Below, piece after piece: positions 1-8,795 of a DNA stretch of 21,283 bases. This DNA comes from a virus: UHGV virus genome UHGV-1980310. One strand, 5' to 3'. Made by a program: the position numbers and the translations under genes. The notes beneath the pieces were generated by a model that searched no databases, was not told where the DNA came from, and saw only the letters and a program-made list of their open reading frames with translations. Numbering within the stretch: the stretch's first letter is position 1; every line of letters begins with the position of its first letter.

Positions 1-2091
1 ATGTATGTCATTGCAAAAGAACTGATTGGCGCGCCCGGAATGCCTGCTACAACAAAAGGTATTCGCCAGGCATTACAACGTTACGTACAAGGGAAAAGCT
101 GTTGTTCCCGTCGTCGCTCAGGCTCTAAAGCAACTGAATACAGCATCGACTGTTTACCTGAAGTGACGCAGCAGGCATTACGTGAACGCTACGCCCTGCA
201 ACTGATGACGCAAAAAGCCGATGAATCACCGGCTCCGGTGGTGACAAAGGCCAGACGCTCACCTGCCGTGGTTGATGCGGTGGAGGCATATCGCGGATCA
301 CCCCAACTGATGGTCGAACGCCTCAATGCCCTGACTGAAAACCAACGTAAAGTGGCAGAGGCACGAATAGCGATCGTCAGCGAGGTGCTGAAAATCGCGC
401 AACAACCCGGCTTTAGTTGCGCTAAGGCTATCCGGTTCCTCGTTAACAGCCTGGCACGATCACAACTGGACGAGCGCATTGTGGCAATGGTTGAGACGGC
501 GAACGCCAAAAAGGGAAACAGCCGCGCGTTGAGTGAAATCACGCTGAAACGCTGGATTGCGGCCTTTAACAAGGCACAGAACGCCGCTGAACGCCTGCTT
601 TTACTGGCACCGGGTAAACGCCAGGAAATAAAAGCCGAAGATATTAACTGGCTGCCCGAATTTCTGGCGCAGTATCGCCAGTCAAACGGCCGACCAATGA
701 CCGAGGCTTACGAGGATTTTGTTGCTGAATGGCAGCACCGGCACGCTGATGAGCCTTATATGCTCGATATCATGCCCTCTTATGACACCATTCGCCGCGC
801 AATGAAGAAACTGCCGGAAGTGGTGAAACAAAAAGGCCGGGTAACTGGCAGTGAATACCGTCAGCTTGAGGGATTCACGCGCCGCGACTGGTCCAGAATG
901 CCGGTGAATTATGTCTGGATTGGTGACGGTCACGGCATGAAGCTGAAATGCGCGCACCCGGTTCACGGGCGGCCATTCGCACCGGAAGTGACCTTTGTTA
1001 TCGACGGTGGCACGCGCTTTGTGGTGGGCTGGAGCCTTGACCTGGCTGAAAATGTTTTCGCCGTAGCCGGTGCCATACAGCACGGTATTCGCCATCATGG
1101 CAAACCGTTTCTGTATTACTCGGATAATGGCTCCGGGGAAACCGCCGACGTCCTGGATAAGGAGATTGTGGGGATACTGCCACGACTGGGGATTAATCAC
1201 CCGACAGGGATTGCCGGTAATCCGCAGGGACGGGGCATTATCGAACGGCTTAACCGCACATTACCGATGCGCATAGCCCGTAAATACCGCACCTATTTCG
1301 GGAAAGGAGCAGATCGCGAGACGTTACGTAAAACCAACCGCGATTTACGCTCGGCATTCAGTGCCCTGCAACAGGGCAAACGGCTGAACGCCCGGCAGCA
1401 GTCAGCGATGCGTGATTTACCGTCCTGGTCTGAACTGATTGATGCCATTCGTGACGGTGTTGAGTGGTACAACAACCGGCCGCACGATGAATTACCCATG
1501 AAGCCGAACGGTAAACATTACAGCCCGGCGGAGTTCAGAAAAAAACGCCTGGCGGAAGAGGACACGGAAATTGAATGGCTGTCCGATGTTGAACTGCGGG
1601 ATATGTTCCGGCCGATGGTGGAGCGCCCTGTAAGACGCTGTGAAATACGCTGGCTGAATAATATTTACTACGCGCCCGAGCTGCGTGACGAGCATGGCCG
1701 TAAGGTACTTATCAGCTATGACATTCATGATGCCGAACGAATTACCGTGCGCCGCCCGGATGGCAGCGTGATTTGCGAGGCGGTATGGGACGGCAATAAA
1801 CGCGAAGCCTTCCCTGTCAGCGCGGAATACTACAAACAGCAGCAGCGCCTTAAAGGCATGCGTAAACGCGCAGAGGAAAAAATCCGTGATGCCGAGGATG
1901 AGGTTGTCAACGTGCTGGAGCACAAGCCGCAGGAGCCCTGGCTGGAAAACATATACCGCCCTGTGGGTAATACGGTGACCGTTCAGCAACCGGTCGCTGA
2001 CGATGAACCTGATGAAGAATACGAGCGTAATTTCCAGCGGGGATTGCAACTGCTCGAAGCGAAATTAAAAGAAAGTGATCCGCTGGCCTGA
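1..2091 (+). CDS. A: DDE transposase, MuA-like (696 aa)
   Basis: N-terminus (KELIGAPGMPATTKGI) resembles the MuA end-binding domain start; length matches MuA (~663 aa); followed directly by a MuB-like ATPase. Homology judged from memory of MuA. Confidence 0.85.
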   Translation: MYVIAKELIGAPGMPATTKGIRQALQRYVQGKSCCSRRRSGSKATEYSIDCLPEVTQQALRERYALQLMTQKADESPAPVVTKARRSPAVVDAVEAYRGSPQLMVERLNALTENQRKVAEARIAIVSEVLKIAQQPGFSCAKAIRFLVNSLARSQLDERIVAMVETANAKKGNSRALSEITLKRWIAAFNKAQNAAERLLLLAPGKRQEIKAEDINWLPEFLAQYRQSNGRPMTEAYEDFVAEWQHRHADEPYMLDIMPSYDTIRRAMKKLPEVVKQKGRVTGSEYRQLEGFTRRDWSRMPVNYVWIGDGHGMKLKCAHPVHGRPFAPEVTFVIDGGTRFVVGWSLDLAENVFAVAGAIQHGIRHHGKPFLYYSDNGSGETADVLDKEIVGILPRLGINHPTGIAGNPQGRGIIERLNRTLPMRIARKYRTYFGKGADRETLRKTNRDLRSAFSALQQGKRLNARQQSAMRDLPSWSELIDAIRDGVEWYNNRPHDELPMKPNGKHYSPAEFRKKRLAEEDTEIEWLSDVELRDMFRPMVERPVRRCEIRWLNNIYYAPELRDEHGRKVLISYDIHDAERITVRRPDGSVICEAVWDGNKREAFPVSAEYYKQQQRLKGMRKRAEEKIRDAEDEVVNVLEHKPQEPWLENIYRPVGNTVTVQQPVADDEPDEEYERNFQRGLQLLEAKLKESDPLA

Positions 2092-2173
2092 AATAAAAAA
2101 ATAACCCGAGGGGTGACTCAGGTTATTTGAGGTTTCAGTCTCGGAGAATGCTGTCTCAAGCGAGGTGAATAAT

Positions 2174-3106
2174 ATGACCGATATTAACGATGTAATCAAG
2201 ACCATTGATGAACTTATTGATGGCGGCGTACTGACGCAGTATGCCATCGCCAGAGAGGCGGGAATTTCCGACGGCACATTATCGGCTTTCCGTAAGGGAA
2301 AATATAAAGGCGATAACGCTGCTGTGGCTGCTTCCCTGCGCTCCTGGTATGAGAACTGGAATAAACAAAGCGCACTGCCGGAACCGCCGCAGTTTGTGGA
2401 AACTCAGACAGTCCAGGAGCTGCGCGCACTGTTTCAGGCGGTTCGCCTGATGGGCTGTATTAACGTTATTGTGGGCGTACCGGGTGTGGGTAAAACGGCC
2501 ACTGCCCGTAATTACTGCCAGGAGCAACCAAACACCTGGATGATCACCCTGTCACCCGCGCACTCCAGCGTCACGGAGTGTCTGCTGGAGCTGGCCGATG
2601 CGCTGGGGATTGATTACACCCGCGCGAACAAAGGGGCATTATCCCGCGCCATCCGCCGTCGCCTGATGGGAACGCGTGGACTGGTGATTGTGGATGAGGC
2701 GGATCATCTTGGTATTGACGGTCTGGAGCAACTCCGGGCAATTCAGGACGCCACGGGGATCGGGATGGTGCTTATTGGTAACCCGCGCGGATTGTTTAAA
2801 GGTGGACGCCGCGCCTTTGATGATTTATCGCGCCTGTTCAGCCGTCTTGCCCGTACAAAACAACTTCGCAAGGCCAAAAAGGCGGATGTGTTGGCCATTG
2901 CCATGGCGTGGGGGATCAGTGGTGAGGCCGAGCTGGCCGTCATGCAGGCTATCGCTGAAAAGCCGGGAGCGTTACGCGTTCTGACACATACGCTTAACCA
3001 GGCGTGGCTCACCGCCAGCGGTGAAGGCGCGGCGCTGACAGAAAAACATATTAATGCGGCCTTTAAAGAGGTTTATACCAACCCTGAATTACTCTCACAG
3101 GTGTGA
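2174..3106 (+). CDS. B: Transposition ATPase / target DNA activator, MuB-like
   Basis: Walker A motif GVPGVGKTATARNY; motifs PEPPQFVETQTV, LVIVDEADHLG and AEKPGALRVL parallel MuB. ATG at 2174 preceded by GAGG; the track start at 2165 is GTG. Confidence 0.85.
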   Translation: MTDINDVIKTIDELIDGGVLTQYAIAREAGISDGTLSAFRKGKYKGDNAAVAASLRSWYENWNKQSALPEPPQFVETQTVQELRALFQAVRLMGCINVIVGVPGVGKTATARNYCQEQPNTWMITLSPAHSSVTECLLELADALGIDYTRANKGALSRAIRRRLMGTRGLVIVDEADHLGIDGLEQLRAIQDATGIGMVLIGNPRGLFKGGRRAFDDLSRLFSRLARTKQLRKAKKADVLAIAMAWGISGEAELAVMQAIAEKPGALRVLTHTLNQAWLTASGEGAALTEKHINAAFKEVYTNPELLSQV

Positions 3107-3108
3107 TT

Positions 3109-3330
3109 ATGGCGGTATTTAATATTCCTGATATTTACGGACGCTTTTACCTGGTTAATTTCGATAACGTGAAGGTGATTTCACTGGCCGAAAATAAAGA
3201 ATGTGGCGATTTACTTTTTGAATTTAATGACCGCACACGAATGGTGATATCTGCCGGACTTGATCGCGAAGGTGCGACAGAAGTTTACAGCGGAATATGC
3301 CGTTCTGTTGGTGCGAAACAAGTCAGCTAA
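3109..3330 (+). CDS. Hypothetical small early-region protein
   Basis: ORF immediately after B, position equivalent to the Mu semi-essential early region. No recognisable motif. Confidence 0.4.
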   Translation: MAVFNIPDIYGRFYLVNFDNVKVISLAENKECGDLLFEFNDRTRMVISAGLDREGATEVYSGICRSVGAKQVS

Positions 3331-3342
3331 ATGAGGTGTTAT

Positions 3343-3597
3343 ATGAATATGCAATCCTGCGGTAACAAAATGAATTTATTCGACTCCCTGAACAGCGCGC
3401 GCCGTCTGACCGAACTTGCCGGTGCGGTACTGGAACGCAGTAAGCGCTATCCGCAACGTTTTGCACTGAAAACCACGCCGCCGGTAGGCAACGTGCAGGG
3501 AACCGGTGAAATTGAAATCACCATACAGACCAACGGCCTGCGCCGCCGTGTGAAGGCCACCCGCATCAGCGGCTGCACGGTTTACTGGGAGGTGTGA
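3343..3597 (+). CDS. Hypothetical small early-region protein
   Basis: ORF with GAGG 6 nt upstream of ATG at 3343 (track start 3331 lacks an RBS). Confidence 0.4.
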   Translation: MNMQSCGNKMNLFDSLNSARRLTELAGAVLERSKRYPQRFALKTTPPVGNVQGTGEIEITIQTNGLRRRVKATRISGCTVYWEV

Positions 3598-3598
3598 G

Positions 3599-3880
3599 GT
3601 GAAAAAAAATCTCATTGCATGGGCGTGGTCGAGTGGTCTTATTGAGTTTGGTTACGTCCTGCCGGAAGGTGCATTGCCGATAGTTGCCGGAAAGCCTGCC
3701 ACGGTACGGCATGTGATTGAGGTTATGGCGCGTCATGGACGTGATGAACAGGAGCAGTTACTGGTTCCGGGGATACCGGAAGCGGTGACGGAGGAAGAAG
3801 CCTTTAATGCCATGATTCGGTTCTGCCGTGAGGTTAGACGCCGGGTCAGTTATCCAAACAGAACGAGGACCAGAGGATGA
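3599..3880 (+). CDS. Hypothetical small early-region protein (GTG start)
   Basis: Tightly packed ORF, GTG start adjacent to the preceding stop. No recognisable motif. Confidence 0.4.
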   Translation: MKKNLIAWAWSSGLIEFGYVLPEGALPIVAGKPATVRHVIEVMARHGRDEQEQLLVPGIPEAVTEEEAFNAMIRFCREVRRRVSYPNRTRTRG

Positions 3881-4149
3881 GTAAAGTCGTACGCATTATT
3901 TTCGAATACAAGGAAGATGTTATCTGCAAAAACTCTGATGGCAGCACGCACAGAGGGGTAAGTCTGGATATACGTTCAACCGGAATAAAGAAGAAAGATA
4001 ATGGACCCGCCATGATTTTTGGGGTGGTTATGCTGGCAGAAAGCAGAAACTTCGCAGAGTTTGTGGCAATGAAAGCCAGTGCATTCATGAAAGACAGAGG
4101 CATGGCTTCCGGGGTTATTAACGGTAATGAATTTAATCAACAGGGGTAA
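3877..4149 (+). CDS. Hypothetical protein; N-terminus paralogous to the next ORF
   Basis: ATGA start/stop overlap with the upstream ORF. N-terminus MSKVVRIIFEY matches MSKVRVIFEF of the downstream ORF. Confidence 0.4.
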   Translation: MSKVVRIIFEYKEDVICKNSDGSTHRGVSLDIRSTGIKKKDNGPAMIFGVVMLAESRNFAEFVAMKASAFMKDRGMASGVINGNEFNQQG

Positions 4150-4153
4150 TTCC

Positions 4154-4447
4154 ATGAGCAAAGTACGCGTTATTTTTGAATTTAATCATGTTTCGCATGA
4201 CGAAAAGTTGGCAGGCAATGACTGTGTTGAAGTGCATGAAAAGATTGGAGTGGATGTGAAAACAGAACGTGATACGGATAACAGGCCGACGTCACTCTGT
4301 GACGTTTATGCAAGTATTCTCCAGTATCACAGTCCTGCAATTATTCAGTTTCTCTCAGCGGAATTTCAGGCATCTGCACAGTCTTTTGGAGCGGATGCCA
4401 TCATTAAACGCCACCGCGTGCATAAAGCATCAGGCACACTGCAATAA
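4154..4447 (+). CDS. Hypothetical protein; N-terminus paralogous to the previous ORF
   Basis: ATG at 4154 preceded by AGGGG. The first ~30 nt resemble the start of the 3877 ORF. Confidence 0.4.
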   Translation: MSKVRVIFEFNHVSHDEKLAGNDCVEVHEKIGVDVKTERDTDNRPTSLCDVYASILQYHSPAIIQFLSAEFQASAQSFGADAIIKRHRVHKASGTLQ

Positions 4448-4458
4448 GGAAAAACAAA

Positions 4459-4989
4459 ATGGCTAAACGCGTTACAAAATTAAAGGCCGCAGCCGAGGCG
4501 GCACCGCAGACCCGGGAAGAAGTCAGCCGTGATATCCGCACCCTGGGAGATATTCAGCGAGAGGCGCTGCGCCTGGAAACGGCGATGAATGACGAAGTGG
4601 CAGAAATCACCGCCCGTTATACGCCGCAGATTGAAAATCTTAAAAAGCAAATCAAAGTGCTTTTTAAAGGGATTCAGGACTGGTGCAAAACCAACCGTGA
4701 TGAGCTGACGAACGGCGGCAAAACCAAAACAGCCAATCTGACCACCGGAACGGTGTCATGGCGGCTGGGAACGCCATCATGCAGCGTCAGCCGTGATGTG
4801 GAAGGTGTGATTGAAATGCTGCGCCGTATGGGGCTTGAGCGTTTCATCCGCACGAAAGAGGAAGTGAACAAGGAAGCCGTCCTGGCGGAGCCGGATGCTG
4901 TGAAAGGCATTGCCGGTATCAAGGTGAATAAAGGCGCTGAAAGTTTTTATGTCGAGCCTTTTGAACAGGACGCCGGACTGAATAAATAA
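4459..4989 (+). CDS. gam: Gam-like host-nuclease inhibitor (DNA-end binding), 176 aa
   Basis: Size, position after the early small genes, coiled N-terminal region and overall similarity to Mu Gam (~174 aa). AAGGA RBS upstream of ATG 4459. Confidence 0.75.
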   Translation: MAKRVTKLKAAAEAAPQTREEVSRDIRTLGDIQREALRLETAMNDEVAEITARYTPQIENLKKQIKVLFKGIQDWCKTNRDELTNGGKTKTANLTTGTVSWRLGTPSCSVSRDVEGVIEMLRRMGLERFIRTKEEVNKEAVLAEPDAVKGIAGIKVNKGAESFYVEPFEQDAGLNK

Positions 4990-5134
4990 CACCGCATTAA
5001 TCAATTAAATATCACTTCATTTTAATTATGGCGCTCGCGTCAGGGGACTGCTTGCGCCTGAAAACAGAAAATAAGGGTTAAGAAATATGAAATACGTTTA
5101 TATCGTCATTAATAATGTGGTGGGGAAATAAATC

Positions 5135-5668
5135 ATGATTGATGCAAAAGTGCTTGAAGGGGTTAAAAACTGGCTGTGTATTTATGGCCGCCTGACCTGC
5201 GGTGTACTGGCTGAAAAAATGAATATGCCGCCATCCTCCATGGTTTATTTTCTGCGTGATGCGGTTGATGCAGGCGTGCTGACGGAATGTAACGGTTTTT
5301 ATGATATTCCGCGCCCCCGCCCGGTGCAGCCGGTTCGTCGCAAATGCAGCCAGGAATCTGCGGCTGATGATGTTCAGTGGTGCGGCTTCAGAAAATCCCT
5401 GCCATGGATTGAGGGGCATGATATTCCGTCGATGGCGTGGGAATTTGCTCAGGGCGTTCTGACCTGTGAAACCGTTTATGTGGTGGCTGAAGTTGATGAG
5501 CAGGCCATGAAAGAAGGCGTGCCCCAGTTTGTGATGGCGTATATCGACATACGCCTGGGCGTCATTATCTGCGGTTTAAGCGGCTGGAATATCACTGAAC
5601 ATGTTCTGCGCTACCTGATTGTTGACCGGACAGCAGCGCCTGCCGGGATATCTGCGGAGGTGGCGTAA
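5135..5668 (+). CDS. Hypothetical Cys-rich protein with a possible helix-turn-helix segment
   Basis: RBS GGGGAAA upstream of ATG 5135, preceded by an AT-rich intergenic region (4990-5134). Segment LTCGVLAEKMNMPPSSMVYFLRDAVDAGVL looks HTH-like. Function unknown. Confidence 0.45.
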   Translation: MIDAKVLEGVKNWLCIYGRLTCGVLAEKMNMPPSSMVYFLRDAVDAGVLTECNGFYDIPRPRPVQPVRRKCSQESAADDVQWCGFRKSLPWIEGHDIPSMAWEFAQGVLTCETVYVVAEVDEQAMKEGVPQFVMAYIDIRLGVIICGLSGWNITEHVLRYLIVDRTAAPAGISAEVA

Positions 5669-6039
5669 TGTTCTTTAAAACATCAAACCCTTCCGCGCTG
5701 GCTGCGTGGCAAAAATACCAGCAGGACTGCCAGAAAGTTAAGGATGAGGCAAAACGCCTTGAGGCCGTGCTGAATGTTGCGTGCCGGTCGGTATTTGTAT
5801 CCGGTATCAGTGGATTTTGCTTTAAGGGACTGCGTTTTACGGAGGACAAATATCCTTTTCATCGCGACTTATGGCGAAAACCGACTGCGTCGAATGGCGC
5901 TGATTTACAACGTGAACACCCGTGTGGCTTACAATGCCGGGCGTTACACGCAGATGATGAACAACACGGACACGCATCCGTTCTGGCAGTATGTGGCGGT
6001 CATGGACAGCCGTACCCGCCCGTCGCATTCCGCCCTTAA
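5668..6039 (+). CDS. ORF of uncertain status (translationally coupled start, then overlaps the F-like gene in another frame)
   Basis: GGAGG RBS and TAATG overlap with the upstream gene support a real start at 5668, but the frame stays open across the F-like ORF start. May be the 5' part of a frameshifted F gene. Confidence 0.25.
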   Translation: MFFKTSNPSALAAWQKYQQDCQKVKDEAKRLEAVLNVACRSVFVSGISGFCFKGLRFTEDKYPFHRDLWRKPTASNGADLQREHPCGLQCRALHADDEQHGHASVLAVCGGHGQPYPPVAFRP

Positions 6040-6889
6040 CGGTCTGGTATTCCGCTATGACGATCCGTTCTGGAAAACACACTACCCGCCCAATGGCTGG
6101 AACTGCCGCTGCCGTGTGCGGCCATTGTCTCAGGCCCGTCTGGATGCAATGGGGTTATCCGTTTCATCCGGTGAGGATCATCTCTCCACCCGCAATGTTG
6201 AGGCTGGCGTGGATAAACAGACCGGAGAAGTCAGAGAAATGCCGGTGACCACATATTCAGATGGCACCAGAACCATGACACCGGATGTGGGCTGGTCATA
6301 TAACCCCGGCTCGGCAGCGTTCGGCACAGACCAGGCGCTGATCCGCAAACTGATCGAGGTGAAAAGCCCGGCGTTACGGGAAATGGTGGTTCAGGAGATG
6401 AACAACAGCCCGGAGCGGCAGCTGGCGTTCCGCATCTGGGCAAAAAACATCATGCAGACCCGGCGAGGTGGTAACGATATCCGCACGCTGGGCTTTATGA
6501 CTGAAAGCATTGCGCAGGCAGTGGAAAGCCGGACGGGAACGCCACCGGCCCGCCTGCTGGCGATGAGCGGTAAAAATGTGCTCCATGCGGACAGTGTGAA
6601 ACATCAGAATGACGGCATCGCTCTGACGCCGGAGGACTTCGGGCGCTTACCGGCAATGCTGGCAAAGCCAAAAGCGGTACTGTGGGACAAACGGCACAAC
6701 AATCTGATGTATATCGTGGAAAATCAGGATGGCAGTGTGCAGATTGCCGTTAATGCACCGTACAGTCTGAAACGTCAGCCCGACAAACTGGATGTGATTG
6801 TGAATGCTTACCGGGTTATCAATATGGATAAGCTGAAATCGGATATCCGGGGCGGAATGCTTGAGGTGCTGGAAGGACAAATTGATTAA
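5774..6889 (+). CDS. Head morphogenesis protein, Mu F / SPP1 gp7 family; 5' end uncertain
   Basis: Motifs RLRRMALIYNVNTRVAYNAGRYTQM and WQYVAVMDSRTRPSHSALNG are typical of the Mu F domain. ATG 5774 has GAGG ~10 nt upstream. Confidence 0.65.
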   Translation: MLRAGRYLYPVSVDFALRDCVLRRTNILFIATYGENRLRRMALIYNVNTRVAYNAGRYTQMMNNTDTHPFWQYVAVMDSRTRPSHSALNGLVFRYDDPFWKTHYPPNGWNCRCRVRPLSQARLDAMGLSVSSGEDHLSTRNVEAGVDKQTGEVREMPVTTYSDGTRTMTPDVGWSYNPGSAAFGTDQALIRKLIEVKSPALREMVVQEMNNSPERQLAFRIWAKNIMQTRRGGNDIRTLGFMTESIAQAVESRTGTPPARLLAMSGKNVLHADSVKHQNDGIALTPEDFGRLPAMLAKPKAVLWDKRHNNLMYIVENQDGSVQIAVNAPYSLKRQPDKLDVIVNAYRVINMDKLKSDIRGGMLEVLEGQID

Positions 6890-7010
6890 CGGTCAGTGGC
6901 GGGGGTCGAACCCGCATACATGATCCACCCGGAGGCAGGCACCGACTTTACCAGTTAAGCGTACACTGACCGCCTGTTTATTTTATATTCATCCTTTATG
7001 CGGAGGCAAT

Positions 7011-7484
7011 ATGTCATCCATTGATGCCGCTGTCGTTGTTGACGTTACGCGTCTCCAGCGAGTGTTTGCCCGGCTTCAGTTTGTGGGCGGCGGAAAAGAC
7101 CTGGCCCGCAGTGTGGCGGCGAGTCTTCTGTCATCGTCAGAAATGGCGTTTGAGCAGGAAAAAGAGCCGGATGGTGAACGCTGGCATGACTGGTCAGATC
7201 CTTACCGTGAGTGGCGTACCCGTAAGGGATACACGCCCGGCAAAATCCTGACGCTGAACGGCGATCTGGCCCGCCGCCTGACCACGGATTATGGCGATAC
7301 CTGGGCGCTGATTGGATCAAATGAACCTTATGCAGCCATTCATCAGTGGGGTGGCCTGCCTGGTATGCCACCGGGACCGGCGGCCATTGGCGCACGTCCG
7401 TATATGGGCTTTGATCAGGTGGCAGAACAGGAGATCATGGACGAAATCAGAAAACGCTTTAAAAAGGCCACAGAAACGCCGTAA
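7011..7484 (+). CDS. Virion morphogenesis protein, Mu G-like
   Basis: 157-aa ORF directly after the F-like gene with GGAGG RBS; position and size match Mu G. Confidence 0.6.
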   Translation: MSSIDAAVVVDVTRLQRVFARLQFVGGGKDLARSVAASLLSSSEMAFEQEKEPDGERWHDWSDPYREWRTRKGYTPGKILTLNGDLARRLTTDYGDTWALIGSNEPYAAIHQWGGLPGMPPGPAAIGARPYMGFDQVAEQEIMDEIRKRFKKATETP

Positions 7485-7661
7485 TGGTTTAAGGTATGCA
7501 AACGTATTACCTTACCCCCTTCAGGCGCGTGTCGTGATTTTCTAACCTGTATTTAACGGGCTTTAAAATCTGCGTGAAGCGCCTTTCTCATTCCCCCCCT
7601 GTCAGCACTTTCTGAAGTCCCGCAAAACCAGCCCCAAAAATACCCGGCTTATGCTGCCGGT

Positions 7662-8795
7662 ATGAAGACAGAAAATCACCCAAAAGACGCAAATCGCCCC
7701 TCCGGTTTAGCCGTGCTTTCAGCTTCGCTGACTGCATCCGGCGACGGATGGTGTCAGTTACTGCCAGCCGGTCGGGTAAAGGCCCGTGACGGTCGCCCGG
7801 AAAAACCGACTGAAGGCTGGCTGATTAACGAATCCGCCTGTAACCGGATGAAAGCCGGGCTTTCCGCCCTGCATCAGCCGTTACTGATTGATTATGACCA
7901 TCACTCCGTGAATGCGCAGAAAAACGGATTCAAGGCTATTGCTGCAGGATGGGTTAAGCCGGAAAACATCGAATGGCGTGAGGGTCAGGGGATTTTCATT
8001 AAACCTGAATGGACACCACAGGCACAAAAACATATTGATGACCGTGAATATGCCTATCTGTCTGCATATATGCATTATTTCGCTGACACCGGGGAACCCT
8101 ACCTGTTGCGCATGGCTTCCCTGACGAATGATCCGGGTATTACGGGTATGAACCCTGTCGCGGCACTCAGTGCTGATGATCTCTATGTCGTTTCCCCTTC
8201 TCAGGAGCAATCCCCCATGAATGAGCAATTACGCCAGTTGCTGACGGCGCTCGGTCTGACCGTGGCTGACGGTGACGAATTTACACCGGAACTGGGCACG
8301 GCGGCGCTGTCTGCCCTTACCGGGATCAAAACCCGTGCGGATGCGCACGACACCCTGAAAACGCAGGTTGCCAGCCTGTCGGCAGAGCTGGAAACCGCAA
8401 AAGGCACACCAACTGGCGGCACTATTGATCTGACGAAAAACGTGCCCGTTGAGACGTATAACGCCCTGCGTACCGAATATGTCGCGTTGTCGGCACAACA
8501 CGGCAGCACCACGCTGGAGCAGTTGCTGGATAAGGCCGAGTCCGAAGGACGCATTTTCAAAAGCGAACGCGGATACATGGAAGGACTCGGACAACAGATT
8601 GGTGTTGCGGCACTTTCTGCACAGCTTGACGCCCGCCAGCCGGTTGCGGCTCTGACCACTCTTCAGACCGACACCGTAACCGTGCCGGATAAAAAGACCG
8701 CCACCGCTGCGCTGTCGGCTGAAGATATCGCCGCCGCCCATCTGCTGGGTAAAACCGAAGCCGAGTTCCTGAAAATGAAAGAGGAAATGCAATAA
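7662..8795 (+). CDS. Head protease/scaffold protein, Mu I-like
   Basis: 377-aa ORF immediately upstream of the major head gene with a stop/start overlap; Ala-rich acidic C-terminal half typical of scaffolds. Assigned by synteny. Confidence 0.6.
   Translation: MKTENHPKDANRPSGLAVLSASLTASGDGWCQLLPAGRVKARDGRPEKPTEGWLINESACNRMKAGLSALHQPLLIDYDHHSVNAQKNGFKAIAAGWVKPENIEWREGQGIFIKPEWTPQAQKHIDDREYAYLSAYMHYFADTGEPYLLRMASLTNDPGITGMNPVAALSADDLYVVSPSQEQSPMNEQLRQLLTALGLTVADGDEFTPELGTAALSALTGIKTRADAHDTLKTQVASLSAELETAKGTPTGGTIDLTKNVPVETYNALRTEYVALSAQHGSTTLEQLLDKAESEGRIFKSERGYMEGLGQQIGVAALSAQLDARQPVAALTTLQTDTVTVPDKKTATAALSAEDIAAAHLLGKTEAEFLKMKEEMQ

Noticed and set aside
189-2049. Minus-strand ORFs (189-572, 682-1200, 1492-2049) inside the transposase gene
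   Set aside because: They lie entirely antisense to a well-supported long CDS, have no RBS and give low-complexity translations; these are shadow ORFs.
2092-2173. Terminator between the A and B genes
   Set aside because: Only a weak 5-bp stem with a long loop is present, and A and B are co-transcribed in Mu; insufficient support.
6890-6975. Possible tRNA gene on the minus strand
   Set aside because: T-arm-like hairpin and acceptor-like stem are present, but I could not fold convincing D and anticodon arms in the 48-nt interior, and there is no CCA; treated as a structured element only.
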